Shown here: piece by piece, positions 1 through 9,296 of the stretch
Numbering within the stretch: position 1 is the stretch's first letter
Layout of the letters: each line of letters opens with the position of its first letter
Source of the DNA: Erysipelotrichales bacterium
Lineage (GTDB): Bacteria > Bacillota_I > Bacilli_A > RFN20 > CAG-826
Reading direction: 5' to 3'
NCBI GenBank assembly: GCA_022508525.1
Contig: JAFLVA010000001.1
Span: 8,084 to 72,083, forward strand
DNA: 64,000 bases
Translations under genes and position numbers: made by a program
The notes under the pieces: model-generated
Told to the model about the DNA's origin: nothing
The model's database searches: none
Seen by the model: the letters and a program-made list of their open reading frames with translations, nothing else

Positions 1-1064
1 ACAATTCAAATAAACCAACTATTATTATGCTTTGTGGTTTGCAAGGATCTGGTAAAACAACAACAGCTGGTAAATTAGCAAAATTAATGAAGAACAAATT
101 ACATAAAAAAGTTCTTCTTGCTGCTTGTGACGTTTATCGTCCAGCTGCTATTGATCAATTAGTAACAATCGCTAACCAAGTTGGTGTAGAAGTTGTAAAT
201 ATGGGTACAAATGCTAACCCGGTTGATATTGCTAAAGCCGCAAGACAAAAAGCTTATGATGAAAGATATGATGTTTTAATTATAGATACCGCTGGTCGTT
301 TACATATTGACGAAGCATTAATGGATGAATTAAATAAAATAAAAGATTTAGTTAGCCCAGATGAAATTTTATTACTTGTTGATGCAATGTCTGGTCAAGA
401 TGCTGTAAACGTTGCAAATAGTTTTAATGCAAGATTAAATTTATCAGGTTTCATTATGTCTAAATTAGATGGTGACGCTCGTGGTGGTGCTGCCTTATCA
501 ATTAGACATTTAACTGGTCTACCTATTAAGTTAACCGGTGTTGGTGAAAAATTAGATGATTTGGAATTATTCTATCCAGATCGCATGGCTGATCGTATTT
601 TGGGCATGGGCGATGTCATGTCTTTAATTGAAAAAGCCCAAGAAAATATTGATGAAGCTGCTGCAAGAAAATCTGTTAATAAAATGATGGATGGAACATT
701 TGATTTGAATGATATGTTGGATCAAATGAAACAAATTCAAAAAATGGGTTCTATTAATGGAATATTAAAATTAATACCTGGTATGCCAAAAATATCTGAT
801 GCAGATAAGGAACGCGCAAATAGAGAAATGAAACAAACAGAAGCAATCATTAAATCTATGACACCTTATGAAAGAAAACACCCAGAAATTTTAAAAAATT
901 CTCGTAAAATGCGTATTGCCAAAGGTTGTGGTCTAACTAATGCCGATATCAATCGTATGCTTAAGAAATTTGAGCAAATGAAAGAAATGATGAAGCAAAT
1001 GAAAGGGTACAAAAAAGGCGGTAAATTGCCTCCAATGACTGGCATGGGCGGCGGACTCTTTTAA
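1..1064 (+). CDS. ffh: Signal recognition particle protein Ffh (5' partial)
   Basis: GLQGSGKTT P-loop, DTAGR, SKLDG motifs and Met-rich M domain; frame is open from base 3. Confidence 0.98.
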   Translation, partial: NSNKPTIIMLCGLQGSGKTTTAGKLAKLMKNKLHKKVLLAACDVYRPAAIDQLVTIANQVGVEVVNMGTNANPVDIAKAARQKAYDERYDVLIIDTAGRLHIDEALMDELNKIKDLVSPDEILLLVDAMSGQDAVNVANSFNARLNLSGFIMSKLDGDARGGAALSIRHLTGLPIKLTGVGEKLDDLELFYPDRMADRILGMGDVMSLIEKAQENIDEAAARKSVNKMMDGTFDLNDMLDQMKQIQKMGSINGILKLIPGMPKISDADKERANREMKQTEAIIKSMTPYERKHPEILKNSRKMRIAKGCGLTNADINRMLKKFEQMKEMMKQMKGYKKGGKLPPMTGMGGGLF

Positions 1065-1070
1065 GATTAT

Positions 1071-1104
1071 ACCTCTCTAAAGTAAGAGAGGTTTTAATTT
1101 TTTT
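1071..1104 (+). terminator. Intrinsic terminator after ffh
   Basis: ACCTCTCT-aaagta-AGAGAGGT hairpin followed by T-rich tract. Confidence 0.8.
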
Positions 1105-1111
1105 ATAAAAA

Positions 1112-1143
1112 GCGACGAAAATTATTATCTTAATTGTCTTATT
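1112..1143 (+). promoter_or_regulatory. Putative ECF-sigma (autoregulatory) promoter
   Basis: GCGACGAAA ... TTGTCTTATT between the ffh terminator and the sigma start; resembles the ECF -35 (AAC/GAC) and -10 (CGT/GTC) layout. Confidence 0.45.
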
Positions 1144-1162
1144 AAATGTTAAAGGTAAAATT

Positions 1163-1681
1163 ATGGCCAAAATTTCATCTAGAACTTTAAATAGATTAAA
1201 ATCTCCATCTAAAGAAAAAATGGAGAATGCCTTTAATACGATTTATAAAGAGTATTCTTATTTGGTATATTACATATCTTTAAAAATTGTAAAAGATAAA
1301 GAAATTGCAAAAGATATAACAAATGAAACATTTTTAAATTTTTTCGATAAAAAGAATTATATAAAAAATGTAAAAAGTATTAAATCATATTTAACTACTA
1401 CCAGTAAAAACTTATCCCTTAACCATCTAATAGATCAAGAAAGAAAAGTTCCATTTAATGAAGAGGTAGCAGAAGAGCAAAGATATGATGATTTCGAAAG
1501 TTATATATCTAAATTTAAAGAATATTTAGATGAGGAAGAAATTGATTTAATTGTTTATCATTTGTTATATGATTTTAGTTTTAAAGATATTGCACGAATA
1601 AATAATACAACCACTAATGCAATTTCTTCTAAATATCGACGAGCCATAATAAAAGTAAGAAAACATTTTAAGGAGATTTAA
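1163..1681 (+). CDS. ECF-type sigma-70 family RNA polymerase sigma factor
   Basis: 172 aa; region 2 (AFNTIYKEYSYLVY...AKDITNETFL) and region 4 HTH (FSFKDIA...TTNAISSKYRRA). Confidence 0.9.
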   Translation: MAKISSRTLNRLKSPSKEKMENAFNTIYKEYSYLVYYISLKIVKDKEIAKDITNETFLNFFDKKNYIKNVKSIKSYLTTTSKNLSLNHLIDQERKVPFNEEVAEEQRYDDFESYISKFKEYLDEEEIDLIVYHLLYDFSFKDIARINNTTTNAISSKYRRAIIKVRKHFKEI

Positions 1682-1683
1682 CT

Positions 1684-3162
1684 ATGAAAAACTTAAAAGA
1701 TAAAGTAAAAAAAGAGTTTGAATCTCAAATAGACACCGAATTAGATTTTGATACCACAACTCTTAATCCTAATCCTAAATCATTTCAAAATAAAATCATT
1801 ATACGTAGATCAATTATTGCCGCTGTTAGTGTCGTTGCTCTATGTATCATTTCCATTCCAATTTCTATTCCAATTCTTTTGATGCTAGATACTAAAGACA
1901 CATTTAAAACATATAAAAAGGAATACACGCAAAGTGAATTAAAACAAATCGAATTAAACACATTTAAAAAATTAAATGATGTTAGTTATCCAGAACAATT
2001 TTCTAAGCGTGAAGTAAGTGACGAATACCGTGAATCTGTCATAGATTTTTCTAATAAAATGTACTTTGCTATAGATCAAAATAATGCTGCATTTTCGCCA
2101 TTAAATTTATATATGAATCTTAGCATTTTATCATTAGCATCGAATAATGAAAACACCTTGAAAGAATTTGATAATTTACTAGGAATGAGTAAAGAATCAC
2201 GAGAAAAAGACTTCATAAATGCCTATATTAACGATTATTTTTATAATTCAAGTGGCACAATGCAAATGTATAATGGCTGTTTTGCTACTAACAAATTTGA
2301 TGCCAACAATGATTTTATTTCTAGTTTAACAAGACATTATACAGAGGCTTATCAAGTTGATTTTAATTCCGATGCATCAATTAATAAAATTTTATCTTGG
2401 ATTGATCAACGAGTGCAAGATAGGAATTTTTTGAACAAAAATAATTTGGAAATAGATGAAAATACAGCGATTCTTTTAATCTCAACACTTTATTATAAAA
2501 ACACTTGGTTTCATGAATTTGATAAACAAGATACGATTGAAAATGTTTTTTATTTAGAAGATAGGTCTACGCTTACTATTCCATATCTTTCTCATAAATA
2601 TTTTGGTGAATGCTATGATTATGAAGACTACATAAGTTGCTATGATTATTATGTAAATGGACTAAAAATTAAATATATCATTCCTAAAACTGATGTTTCG
2701 AAATCAATATTTGAATTAATTCACAATAAAAAAATTTTTGTAGATGATGAAACAAGAAGAATAAAACCAGAAACTTCATGGTATGAAAATCCTATTATTA
2801 ATTTAAAAGTGCCAAAATTTGAAAGTGAATGCCTAGTGGATTTTTCTTCAGCATTAAAAGCAAATGGCCTAAGAAGTTTGTTTGATCCAAATAGTCATAG
2901 TTTTGATTATGCTTTTGATAATTTGCCTAGCAATATGAGCATATATCTTGATTATGTTAAACAAAAGAATCACATATCTTTTGATGAATCTGGAACAACA
3001 CTTAAAAGCGTTACTTTTTCAGGATTTAAAGGCGCAACTTCTGCAGCACCAATGACTACGGATACCATTGATGTTAATTTGAATCGCCCTTTTGTTTATA
3101 TAATATACGATAGTAATGACTTACCAATATTTGTTGGAAATTTAAATAATCCTATAAAATAA
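1684..3162 (+). CDS. Membrane-anchored serpin-family protein (putative anti-sigma factor)
   Basis: Serpin motifs FSPLNL, INKILSWI, LLISTLYYKNTW, VPKFE, FDESGT, NRPFVYII, PIFVG; about 42-aa charged N-terminus then one TM helix. Confidence 0.88.
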   Translation: MKNLKDKVKKEFESQIDTELDFDTTTLNPNPKSFQNKIIIRRSIIAAVSVVALCIISIPISIPILLMLDTKDTFKTYKKEYTQSELKQIELNTFKKLNDVSYPEQFSKREVSDEYRESVIDFSNKMYFAIDQNNAAFSPLNLYMNLSILSLASNNENTLKEFDNLLGMSKESREKDFINAYINDYFYNSSGTMQMYNGCFATNKFDANNDFISSLTRHYTEAYQVDFNSDASINKILSWIDQRVQDRNFLNKNNLEIDENTAILLISTLYYKNTWFHEFDKQDTIENVFYLEDRSTLTIPYLSHKYFGECYDYEDYISCYDYYVNGLKIKYIIPKTDVSKSIFELIHNKKIFVDDETRRIKPETSWYENPIINLKVPKFESECLVDFSSALKANGLRSLFDPNSHSFDYAFDNLPSNMSIYLDYVKQKNHISFDESGTTLKSVTFSGFKGATSAAPMTTDTIDVNLNRPFVYIIYDSNDLPIFVGNLNNPIK

Positions 3163-3163
3163 A

Positions 3164-3188
3164 AAATCATTGCAATTTGCAATGATTT
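3164..3188. terminator. Bidirectional terminator between serpin and trmD
   Basis: AAATCATTGCAA-T-TTGCAATGATTT inverted repeat between convergent genes. Confidence 0.75.
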
Positions 3189-3963
3189 AATTTTTTTTGA
3201 TGAATTTATGACCTTTAGCAATGGCGTCTAATTCCCATTTGCCTGTTTCATTATTTTCAATTTCGTTAAGTAATTTTTGATCTTTTTTAGTTAATGGGAA
3301 ATTACTAAATAAATCAGGTCTTTTTTCTTTTGTTAATTTTAAGCTTTGCTTTTGTCTCCATTTCGCGATTGCTTCGTGATTTCCAGAAAATAAAATATCA
3401 GGCACTTTATCTCCATTAAAATCATATGGCTCAGTGTATTGTGGATATTCAAGCAAACCATTTTCAAAAGTTTCCTCAACAATAGATTCCTCTGATATTG
3501 CTCCATCGATCAACCTAATTACTGCATCAGCAATTACCATTGATCCAAGTTCGCCACCAGTGAGAATATAATCACCAATAGAAATGCATTCATCAACATA
3601 TTTTTCAATTCGAGAATCAACACCCTCATAATGGCCACATATGATAATTAAATGCTCATATTGCGTATATTTATGAGCAGTTTTTTGATTAAATGTTCCA
3701 CCAGTTGGAGACATAAGAATAACGTGAGAATTCTCAGTTTTAACACTATTTAATGCGTCAATAATTGGTTGGCACTTCATAATTAAACCAGCCCCTCCTC
3801 CGATTGGAGCAGAATCAACGCGTCCATATTTATCTTTAGTAAAATCACGAATATTTACGCATTCTAATTCAATAGCGTTTTTTGCGATTGCTCGTTTAAT
3901 TATTGAAGTGTTAATGAACCCATCATACATTTCTTTAAAGAGAGTCAAAAATGTTATTTTCAT
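3187..3963 (-). CDS. trmD: tRNA (guanine-N1)-methyltransferase
   Basis: GGGAGLIM, CGHYEGVDSR, SIGDYILTGGE, LEYPQYT motifs. Confidence 0.98.
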   Translation of the reverse strand: MKITFLTLFKEMYDGFINTSIIKRAIAKNAIELECVNIRDFTKDKYGRVDSAPIGGGAGLIMKCQPIIDALNSVKTENSHVILMSPTGGTFNQKTAHKYTQYEHLIIICGHYEGVDSRIEKYVDECISIGDYILTGGELGSMVIADAVIRLIDGAISEESIVEETFENGLLEYPQYTEPYDFNGDKVPDILFSGNHEAIAKWRQKQSLKLTKEKRPDLFSNFPLTKKDQKLLNEIENNETGKWELDAIAKGHKFIKKN

Positions 3964-4469
3964 AATAAACCCTCCACAACATGGATGATAATTTTATGGT
4001 TTTCAATATCAACATTTTTAACAAATGCTCTAACAAATGGAACTAACAAATCTTTTTTTCCATTTCTTTCTACGCGTAATGTTTGATATGCTGCATATTC
4101 TTCAACAGTCTTTACGTGGCCTAATAAGTTATTATCTTCATCAAAAACGTCACAAGACATTAACTCGTAATAATGATAATAATTTTTTGGTAGAGTAGCT
4201 TCCTCTTGTGGTATTTGCACTAAATAATTTTTAAATCGCTCAACATCATTAGCGTTTTTATATTCATTAAAAGAAACTATATCTAGATTTTTGTTTTGCT
4301 TAAAAGTAGCAATTGTAACCTCTTCGCGAATTCCAGTTTTTTCATTTAATAAGTAAACTTTTTTATTTTTCTTGTAGCGAGTATTAGAAAAATGAGAAGA
4401 AGAATAAATTTTAACTTCTCCCTTTATCCCGAATATTCCAACAATTCTACCTAAGGTTATATATTCCAT
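3960..4469 (-). CDS. rimM: Ribosome maturation factor RimM
   Basis: GRIVGIFGIKGEVK N-terminus, PRC barrel (LLVPFV), synteny. Confidence 0.95.
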   Translation of the reverse strand: MEYITLGRIVGIFGIKGEVKIYSSSHFSNTRYKKNKKVYLLNEKTGIREEVTIATFKQNKNLDIVSFNEYKNANDVERFKNYLVQIPQEEATLPKNYYHYYELMSCDVFDEDNNLLGHVKTVEEYAAYQTLRVERNGKKDLLVPFVRAFVKNVDIENHKIIIHVVEGLL

Positions 4470-4505
4470 AATACTAATACTCCAATATTTGAAAAAATGA
4501 GGATA

Positions 4506-4772
4506 TTAGTCCTCATTAGTTTTTTCATCAAAAGATTCGAATTTCAAATGAACTCTTTTATTTTCTAGTTTGCCTGCAATTGAAACAACCTCACGTAAGG
4601 CATCGGCAACAATACCTTTTCTACCAATAAGTTTAGCAGTATCTGTTTGATTTGCGACAACTAAGATTAATACATCTTTTTCTGATTCATTTGGCATTTC
4701 TCTAACCATTAATGATTCAGGATTGTCAATAAAAGAATCGACAAAAGCATGGATAATCTTTTCGTAATCCAT
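4506..4772 (-). CDS. khpA: KH-domain RNA-binding protein (YlqC/KhpA)
   Basis: LIGRKG GxxG loop; located between rpsP and rimM. Confidence 0.85.
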   Translation of the reverse strand: MDYEKIIHAFVDSFIDNPESLMVREMPNESEKDVLILVVANQTDTAKLIGRKGIVADALREVVSIAGKLENKRVHLKFESFDEKTNED

Positions 4773-4777
4773 GATAA

Positions 4778-5044
4778 TTATTCTCCTTTTTTGTTTGCTT
4801 TAGCGATGATGCCTGCTTTTGAGAATAAAGCACGGACAGTATCAGAAAGTTGTGCACCTTCGTGAATCCATTTGATTGCTTTTTCTTCATCAATTTTAGC
4901 TTGGTTTTCTTTTGCTAATGGATCGAATGTTCCTAATAATTCGATATAACGGCCATCACGTGGGAATCTGCTGTCAGCAGCAACAATTCTATATGATGGA
5001 TCCTTATGACGACCAGTTCTTGTTAATCTAATTTTTACAGCCAT
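4778..5044 (-). CDS. rpsP: 30S ribosomal protein S16 (start corrected to MAVKIRL)
   Basis: MAVKIRLTR...[17 protein letters not shown]; AAGGAG RBS upstream of ATG at 5044. Confidence 0.98.
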   Translation of the reverse strand: MAVKIRLTRTGRHKDPSYRIVAADSRFPRDGRYIELLGTFDPLAKENQAKIDEEKAIKWIHEGAQLSDTVRALFSKAGIIAKANKKGE

Positions 5045-5202
5045 TTTAATAATCTCCTTTTTTCTTAAAATTACAATACTGATTATATATAAGACTATAA
5101 TTAATGTCAAGTATTTTTACTTAACACTATATAAAATATTTCCTTTGAACGAAAGCGCTTTATATGATAAACTAATAAAGTTGAGAAAGAGGTAAATTTT
5201 TT

Positions 5203-6699
5203 ATGAAAAATTTTATTGATAAATTCTTTCACATCTCAGAAAGAAAATCATCTTTAAAAAGCGAAATAATTGGTGGTTTAATTACATTCGTTGCAATGTG
5301 TTATATCTTGCCGGTTAATGCTTCAATATTAAACGCCATGGGAATGGATAAATCGGGTGTATTTGCTATGACCGCGATTGTTGGTGCTTTAGTGACATTC
5401 ATCATGGGATTTGTCGCAAATTATCCAGTTGTTTTGAGTGCTGGTATGGGGCTAAATGCATATTTAGCTTATACAATATGTCAAGGAAGTCAATATACAT
5501 GGCAACAATGCATGATTTTATTAACTATTTCAGGTTTATTGTTTTTTGCATTCTCATTGACTCCTGTTCGAAAAATCATAATTGAGTCGATACCTAAAGA
5601 TATTAAATATATTATTTCAAGTGCTTTAGGAGCGTTTATTTGCTTTGTTGGATTAAGAAATTCGGGAATTGTTGTTGGAGGTTCAACTTTAGTAGAACTT
5701 GGTAGTTTGTTAAATCCATCAACAATTATTGCTTTAGTGACAGTAATTTTGTGCTTTGTTCTAATGTTTTCTAAAAATAAAATTGTATCAAATTTAGCAA
5801 TTCCTATTTGTATTTTAGTAGCAGCTGTTGCAGGTGTCATTACATCTTCAATTATGATAAAAACAGGTGCAATTGAGTTTGGTCTAGATATACTTGATCC
5901 AAAGTCAGGAATATTTAAGTGGCAGTATACAAGTGAAATTTTAAAAGAACTCGAATGTAAATTGCCAATTGCACCATGGCATGATTCAAATGTTACATGG
6001 GGAATGAACGGTGTGGATAAAGTATTTGCATTTGGCTTATTCACAGATTATAGCGGACAAGAATTTGGAGAGGATTTATTAAAAGTTCTAACAACTCCAA
6101 CTTCATATGTTGCTATTTTCTCACTAATGTTTGTTAACTTATTTGATACAACTGCAACATTACTTGCTGTTGGAAGAAATACGGGTATCATTGATGAAAA
6201 TGGTAAAATGCAGAATTATCAAAAAGCAGTACTTGCTGATTCAATTGGTGCAGCTGTATGTGGTCCGTTAGGAACATCAACTGTTACTTCATTTGCAGAA
6301 AGTAATGTCGGTGTAGAAATGGGCGCCAAGACAGGATTTGCAGCTGTAATTGCAGGATTAATGTTCTTATTATCAGCTTTCATTTACCCAGTATTCTCAA
6401 TTTTTACCGCAGGATCAGTTACTGCTCCAGCTTTGGTTTGTGTCGGTGCAATGATATTTGTAGGCAATTTTAAAGATATAGACTTTAAAGATCGTATCGT
6501 AGCATTTACAGGATTTATTACTGTGATATTTTCACTTCTTGCATACTCAATTGCTACTGGAATTGGTATAGGATTAATTTGTTATGTATTAATGATGTTA
6601 ATCGCAAGAAGAGGAAAAGAAGTAAGTGTACCAATTTACATTGTTGCTGGTTTATTTGTTGTATCATTTGCGTTAACAGCAATAATGCCGTTGCTGTAA
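5203..6699 (+). CDS. NCS2/AzgA family xanthine/guanine permease
   Basis: AGMGLNAY, FDTTATL, TSTVTSFAES motifs; many TM helices. Confidence 0.93.
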   Translation: MKNFIDKFFHISERKSSLKSEIIGGLITFVAMCYILPVNASILNAMGMDKSGVFAMTAIVGALVTFIMGFVANYPVVLSAGMGLNAYLAYTICQGSQYTWQQCMILLTISGLLFFAFSLTPVRKIIIESIPKDIKYIISSALGAFICFVGLRNSGIVVGGSTLVELGSLLNPSTIIALVTVILCFVLMFSKNKIVSNLAIPICILVAAVAGVITSSIMIKTGAIEFGLDILDPKSGIFKWQYTSEILKELECKLPIAPWHDSNVTWGMNGVDKVFAFGLFTDYSGQEFGEDLLKVLTTPTSYVAIFSLMFVNLFDTTATLLAVGRNTGIIDENGKMQNYQKAVLADSIGAAVCGPLGTSTVTSFAESNVGVEMGAKTGFAAVIAGLMFLLSAFIYPVFSIFTAGSVTAPALVCVGAMIFVGNFKDIDFKDRIVAFTGFITVIFSLLAYSIATGIGIGLICYVLMMLIARRGKEVSVPIYIVAGLFVVSFALTAIMPLL

Positions 6700-6720
6700 A
6701 AAAATATAAATTTATAAATT

Positions 6721-6750
6721 AAAACCACTTCAATTATGAAGTGGTTTTTT
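6721..6750. terminator. Bidirectional terminator
   Basis: AAAACCACTTCA-atta-TGAAGTGGTTTT. Confidence 0.8.
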
Positions 6751-6752
6751 AT

Positions 6753-7979
6753 CTATTTTACAAGTTCTAAAAGAATTTCAACCATCTTACTCATTTGAGT
6801 AAGTGATGCATATTCAAATCTTCCGTGGTAGTTATATCCTCCTGTACCTAGGTTTGGTGTTGGAAGACCTAATACTGTTAATCTAGCACCATCAGTTCCA
6901 CCACGAATTGGTTCAAACTCATAGGTGATACCTAGTCTTTTATAAACATCGACAATGTGATCTAAAGAACGAGGATCTTTTTCAATGTATGTACGCATAT
7001 TTTCATAGGAATCTTCTATTACTAGTTCAACAATTTCATATCCATATTTATGATTTAAAATATTTTTTGCAATTTCAAAATCTTTTTTCTGCTTTTCAAA
7101 TATGGATTTAGTGTGATTTCGAATAATATACTCCATTTCGGTGTATTCACAACTTCCTTTTATCTCGCAAAGATGATTAAAACCTTGATAACCTTCGGTT
7201 TTGCTTGGAATCATATCACTAGGTAATAAATCATTGAATTCCTCTGCAACTAAAATCGAATTAATCATTTTATCTTTGGCAGATCCTGGATGAATACTTA
7301 CCCCATGTATTTTTACAGTGGCAGAAGCAGCATTGAAATTTTCATATTCGATATAATGGATGTCTCCACCATCAAGAGTGTAAGCATAATCTGCATCAAA
7401 TTCTTTAATATCGAAATTATCAGTTCCACGCCCAATTTCTTCGTCAGGTGTGAATGCAATACTAATTTGACCATGTTTTATATTGGAAGCTAACAATTTT
7501 TCAATAAAGGTCATAATAATTGCAATTCCAGCTTTATCATCAGCGCCTAATAATGTTTTACCATTAGTAACTACAAGTGTTTCGCCAATGTTCTTTAATA
7601 AACTTGGGAATGTTTTAGTATCTAAAATGATTTTTTCATCTTTGTTAAGAAGAATATCTTCTCCGTTATATTTTTCAATAATACGTGGCTCAACATCTTT
7701 TCCTGAACAATCAGGAGATGTATCCATGTGTGCAATAAATCCAATCTTAACTTTGATATCTTCGCAATTTGCAGGAATTTTAGCGTATACAATGCCATAC
7801 TTATCTAGATATGCATTGCTTATACCTAATTGTTGTAATTCCTTTACAAGTTTCTTTGCCAAATCTAATTGTTTCATAGTGGATGGGTAAGTATTTGAAC
7901 TTTCATCGCTTTGTGTATCAATTTTGACATAATCGATAAATCTATCTTTTATATCCATGTGTATCGCCCCTTTAAACAA
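6753..7979 (-). CDS. pepT: Peptidase T (tripeptide aminopeptidase)
   Basis: AHMDTSPD, LLGADDKAG, FTPDEEIG, IRGGTDGA motifs; real start probably the internal MDIKDRF. Confidence 0.96.
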   Translation of the reverse strand: MFKGAIHMDIKDRFIDYVKIDTQSDESSNTYPSTMKQLDLAKKLVKELQQLGISNAYLDKYGIVYAKIPANCEDIKVKIGFIAHMDTSPDCSGKDVEPRIIEKYNGEDILLNKDEKIILDTKTFPSLLKNIGETLVVTNGKTLLGADDKAGIAIIMTFIEKLLASNIKHGQISIAFTPDEEIGRGTDNFDIKEFDADYAYTLDGGDIHYIEYENFNAASATVKIHGVSIHPGSAKDKMINSILVAEEFNDLLPSDMIPSKTEGYQGFNHLCEIKGSCEYTEMEYIIRNHTKSIFEKQKKDFEIAKNILNHKYGYEIVELVIEDSYENMRTYIEKDPRSLDHIVDVYKRLGITYEFEPIRGGTDGARLTVLGLPTPNLGTGGYNYHGRFEYASLTQMSKMVEILLELVK

Positions 7980-8119
7980 TTTAAATCATACAACAAAAAA
8001 TAGCCTATTTACACTAAAATGCTCTTTAATTTTTGATATAAGCAATATTGCTTATAAAAACACTTGAATAAATGTAATTAATTTGTTAGAATAACAAAGC
8101 GTTTTGAAAAAGCGCTGCA

Positions 8120-8155
8120 GATGGTCCGCTGGAGCTCACTACTCGAATGAACATC
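8120..8155 (+). promoter_or_regulatory. Ribosomal protein L19 leader RNA
   Basis: GATGgTCCGCTG...ATGAACATC upstream of rplS resembles the L19 leader; TTGAAT-17-TAGAAT promoter at 8064-8092. Confidence 0.7.
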
Positions 8156-8184
8156 CTAAGATAACGAAAAGGAGAGTGGAAATT

Positions 8185-8532
8185 ATGAATAATAATTTAG
8201 TTAATGAAATTTCAAAGTCCCAACTCAGAAAAGATATCCCAGATTTCAAAACTGGTGATACAATCAATGTTTATGTAAGAATTATTGAAAACGGAAAAGA
8301 AAGATTACAATTATTCCAAGGTGTTGTTATTGCACGCCGTGGTGGCGGAGTCAGCGAGACATTCATTGTTAGAAAAATGAGCAGTGGTATCGGCGTTGAA
8401 AGAACATTCCCTCTGCATTCACCAACTATCAATAGAATTGAAGTTGTTAAAAGAGGTAAAGTTCGTCGTAACAAAATCTTCTACATCCGTGAACGTTCTG
8501 GTAAGGCTGCACGTATTAAAACAATTCTTTAA
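8185..8532 (+). CDS. rplS: 50S ribosomal protein L19 (start corrected)
   Basis: [28 protein letters not shown] motifs; AAGGAG RBS before ATG 8185. Confidence 0.98.
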   Translation: MNNNLVNEISKSQLRKDIPDFKTGDTINVYVRIIENGKERLQLFQGVVIARRGGGVSETFIVRKMSSGIGVERTFPLHSPTINRIEVVKRGKVRRNKIFYIRERSGKAARIKTIL

Positions 8533-8549
8533 TTTGAAAATAGTGACTC

Positions 8550-8577
8550 AAAATGCTTCCAATCGGGAGCATTTTTT
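8550..8577 (+). terminator. Terminator after rplS
   Basis: AAAATGCTTCC-aatc-GGGAGCATTTTTT. Confidence 0.8.
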
Positions 8578-8694
8578 GTTTGTTTTGTAAAAACTAATAA
8601 TATTGTTAAGTTAATATTTGGTTATGGTTACAAATATTAAAGTTTGTAAATAATTATAACTTCAATTATAATTATTAAGAAAGGTAGAAAGAAT

Positions 8695-9285
8695 ATGAAA
8701 AAAAAGACTACTAAGGTAATAGATATTATTCTAACTGTCGGCATAGTTTTATGCTTAGGTCTGGCAGGTGTTTTTCTCTACCGCAATATTTGTTATGATG
8801 AAATAGTTGTTTCTGGTAATTCAATGGAAACTACATTACATAATGGTGATTTTGGTTTAATGAAAACCACAAAATATGCAATAAATCATATTAAGAGATT
8901 TGATATTGTAATTGTTGAAGTGGATAACGATACCTCTAATGAACATGACATTATTAAAAGAGTTATTGGATTACCTGGTGAAAAAATTAAAATAGAAGCA
9001 AATGGTGACGTCTTAATTAATGGATCAATTATAGAAGAACCATTTTTAACAGTGGCTAAATCCAATACTTATAGACCGAATGCATATGGATGTTTTGAAG
9101 AATACGTAATTCCAAGTGACTCGTATTTTTGTTTGGGCGATAATAGAGGTGCATCTGCAGATTCAAGAAATAGAGGTGCTCTATCCAAAGAGCATATCTT
9201 AGGAGTATTAAAAGTAATTTATAAAGAAAAATGCTCTGAAAGTGACAATAATGCTTGTAGTACAATAAAACCAAGATGGTTTTAA
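8695..9285 (+). CDS. lepB: Signal peptidase I
   Basis: GNSMETTL, IIKRVIGLPGE, LGDNR..S.DSR motifs; N-terminal TM. Confidence 0.95.
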   Translation: MKKKTTKVIDIILTVGIVLCLGLAGVFLYRNICYDEIVVSGNSMETTLHNGDFGLMKTTKYAINHIKRFDIVIVEVDNDTSNEHDIIKRVIGLPGEKIKIEANGDVLINGSIIEEPFLTVAKSNTYRPNAYGCFEEYVIPSDSYFCLGDNRGASADSRNRGALSKEHILGVLKVIYKEKCSESDNNACSTIKPRWF

Positions 9286-9296
9286 GGTGACCATTT

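Noticed and set aside
5110-5202. Purine riboswitch upstream of the NCS2 permease
   Set aside because: The spacer is short, holds divergent promoters and lacks the TATAAT...ATATGG...GTTTCTACC aptamer core.
5490-6044. Long antisense ORFs (for example 5490-6044, 7483-7890, 16081-16422, 45516-45908)
   Set aside because: Shadows of well-supported genes on the opposite strand, with no RBS or recognisable motifs.
8104-8184. N-terminal extensions of L19 (also S2 from 16646, S16 from 5110, GLUG protein from 33628)
   Set aside because: Longest-ORF artefacts; RBS-supported starts lie downstream and the extensions cover leaders or promoters.
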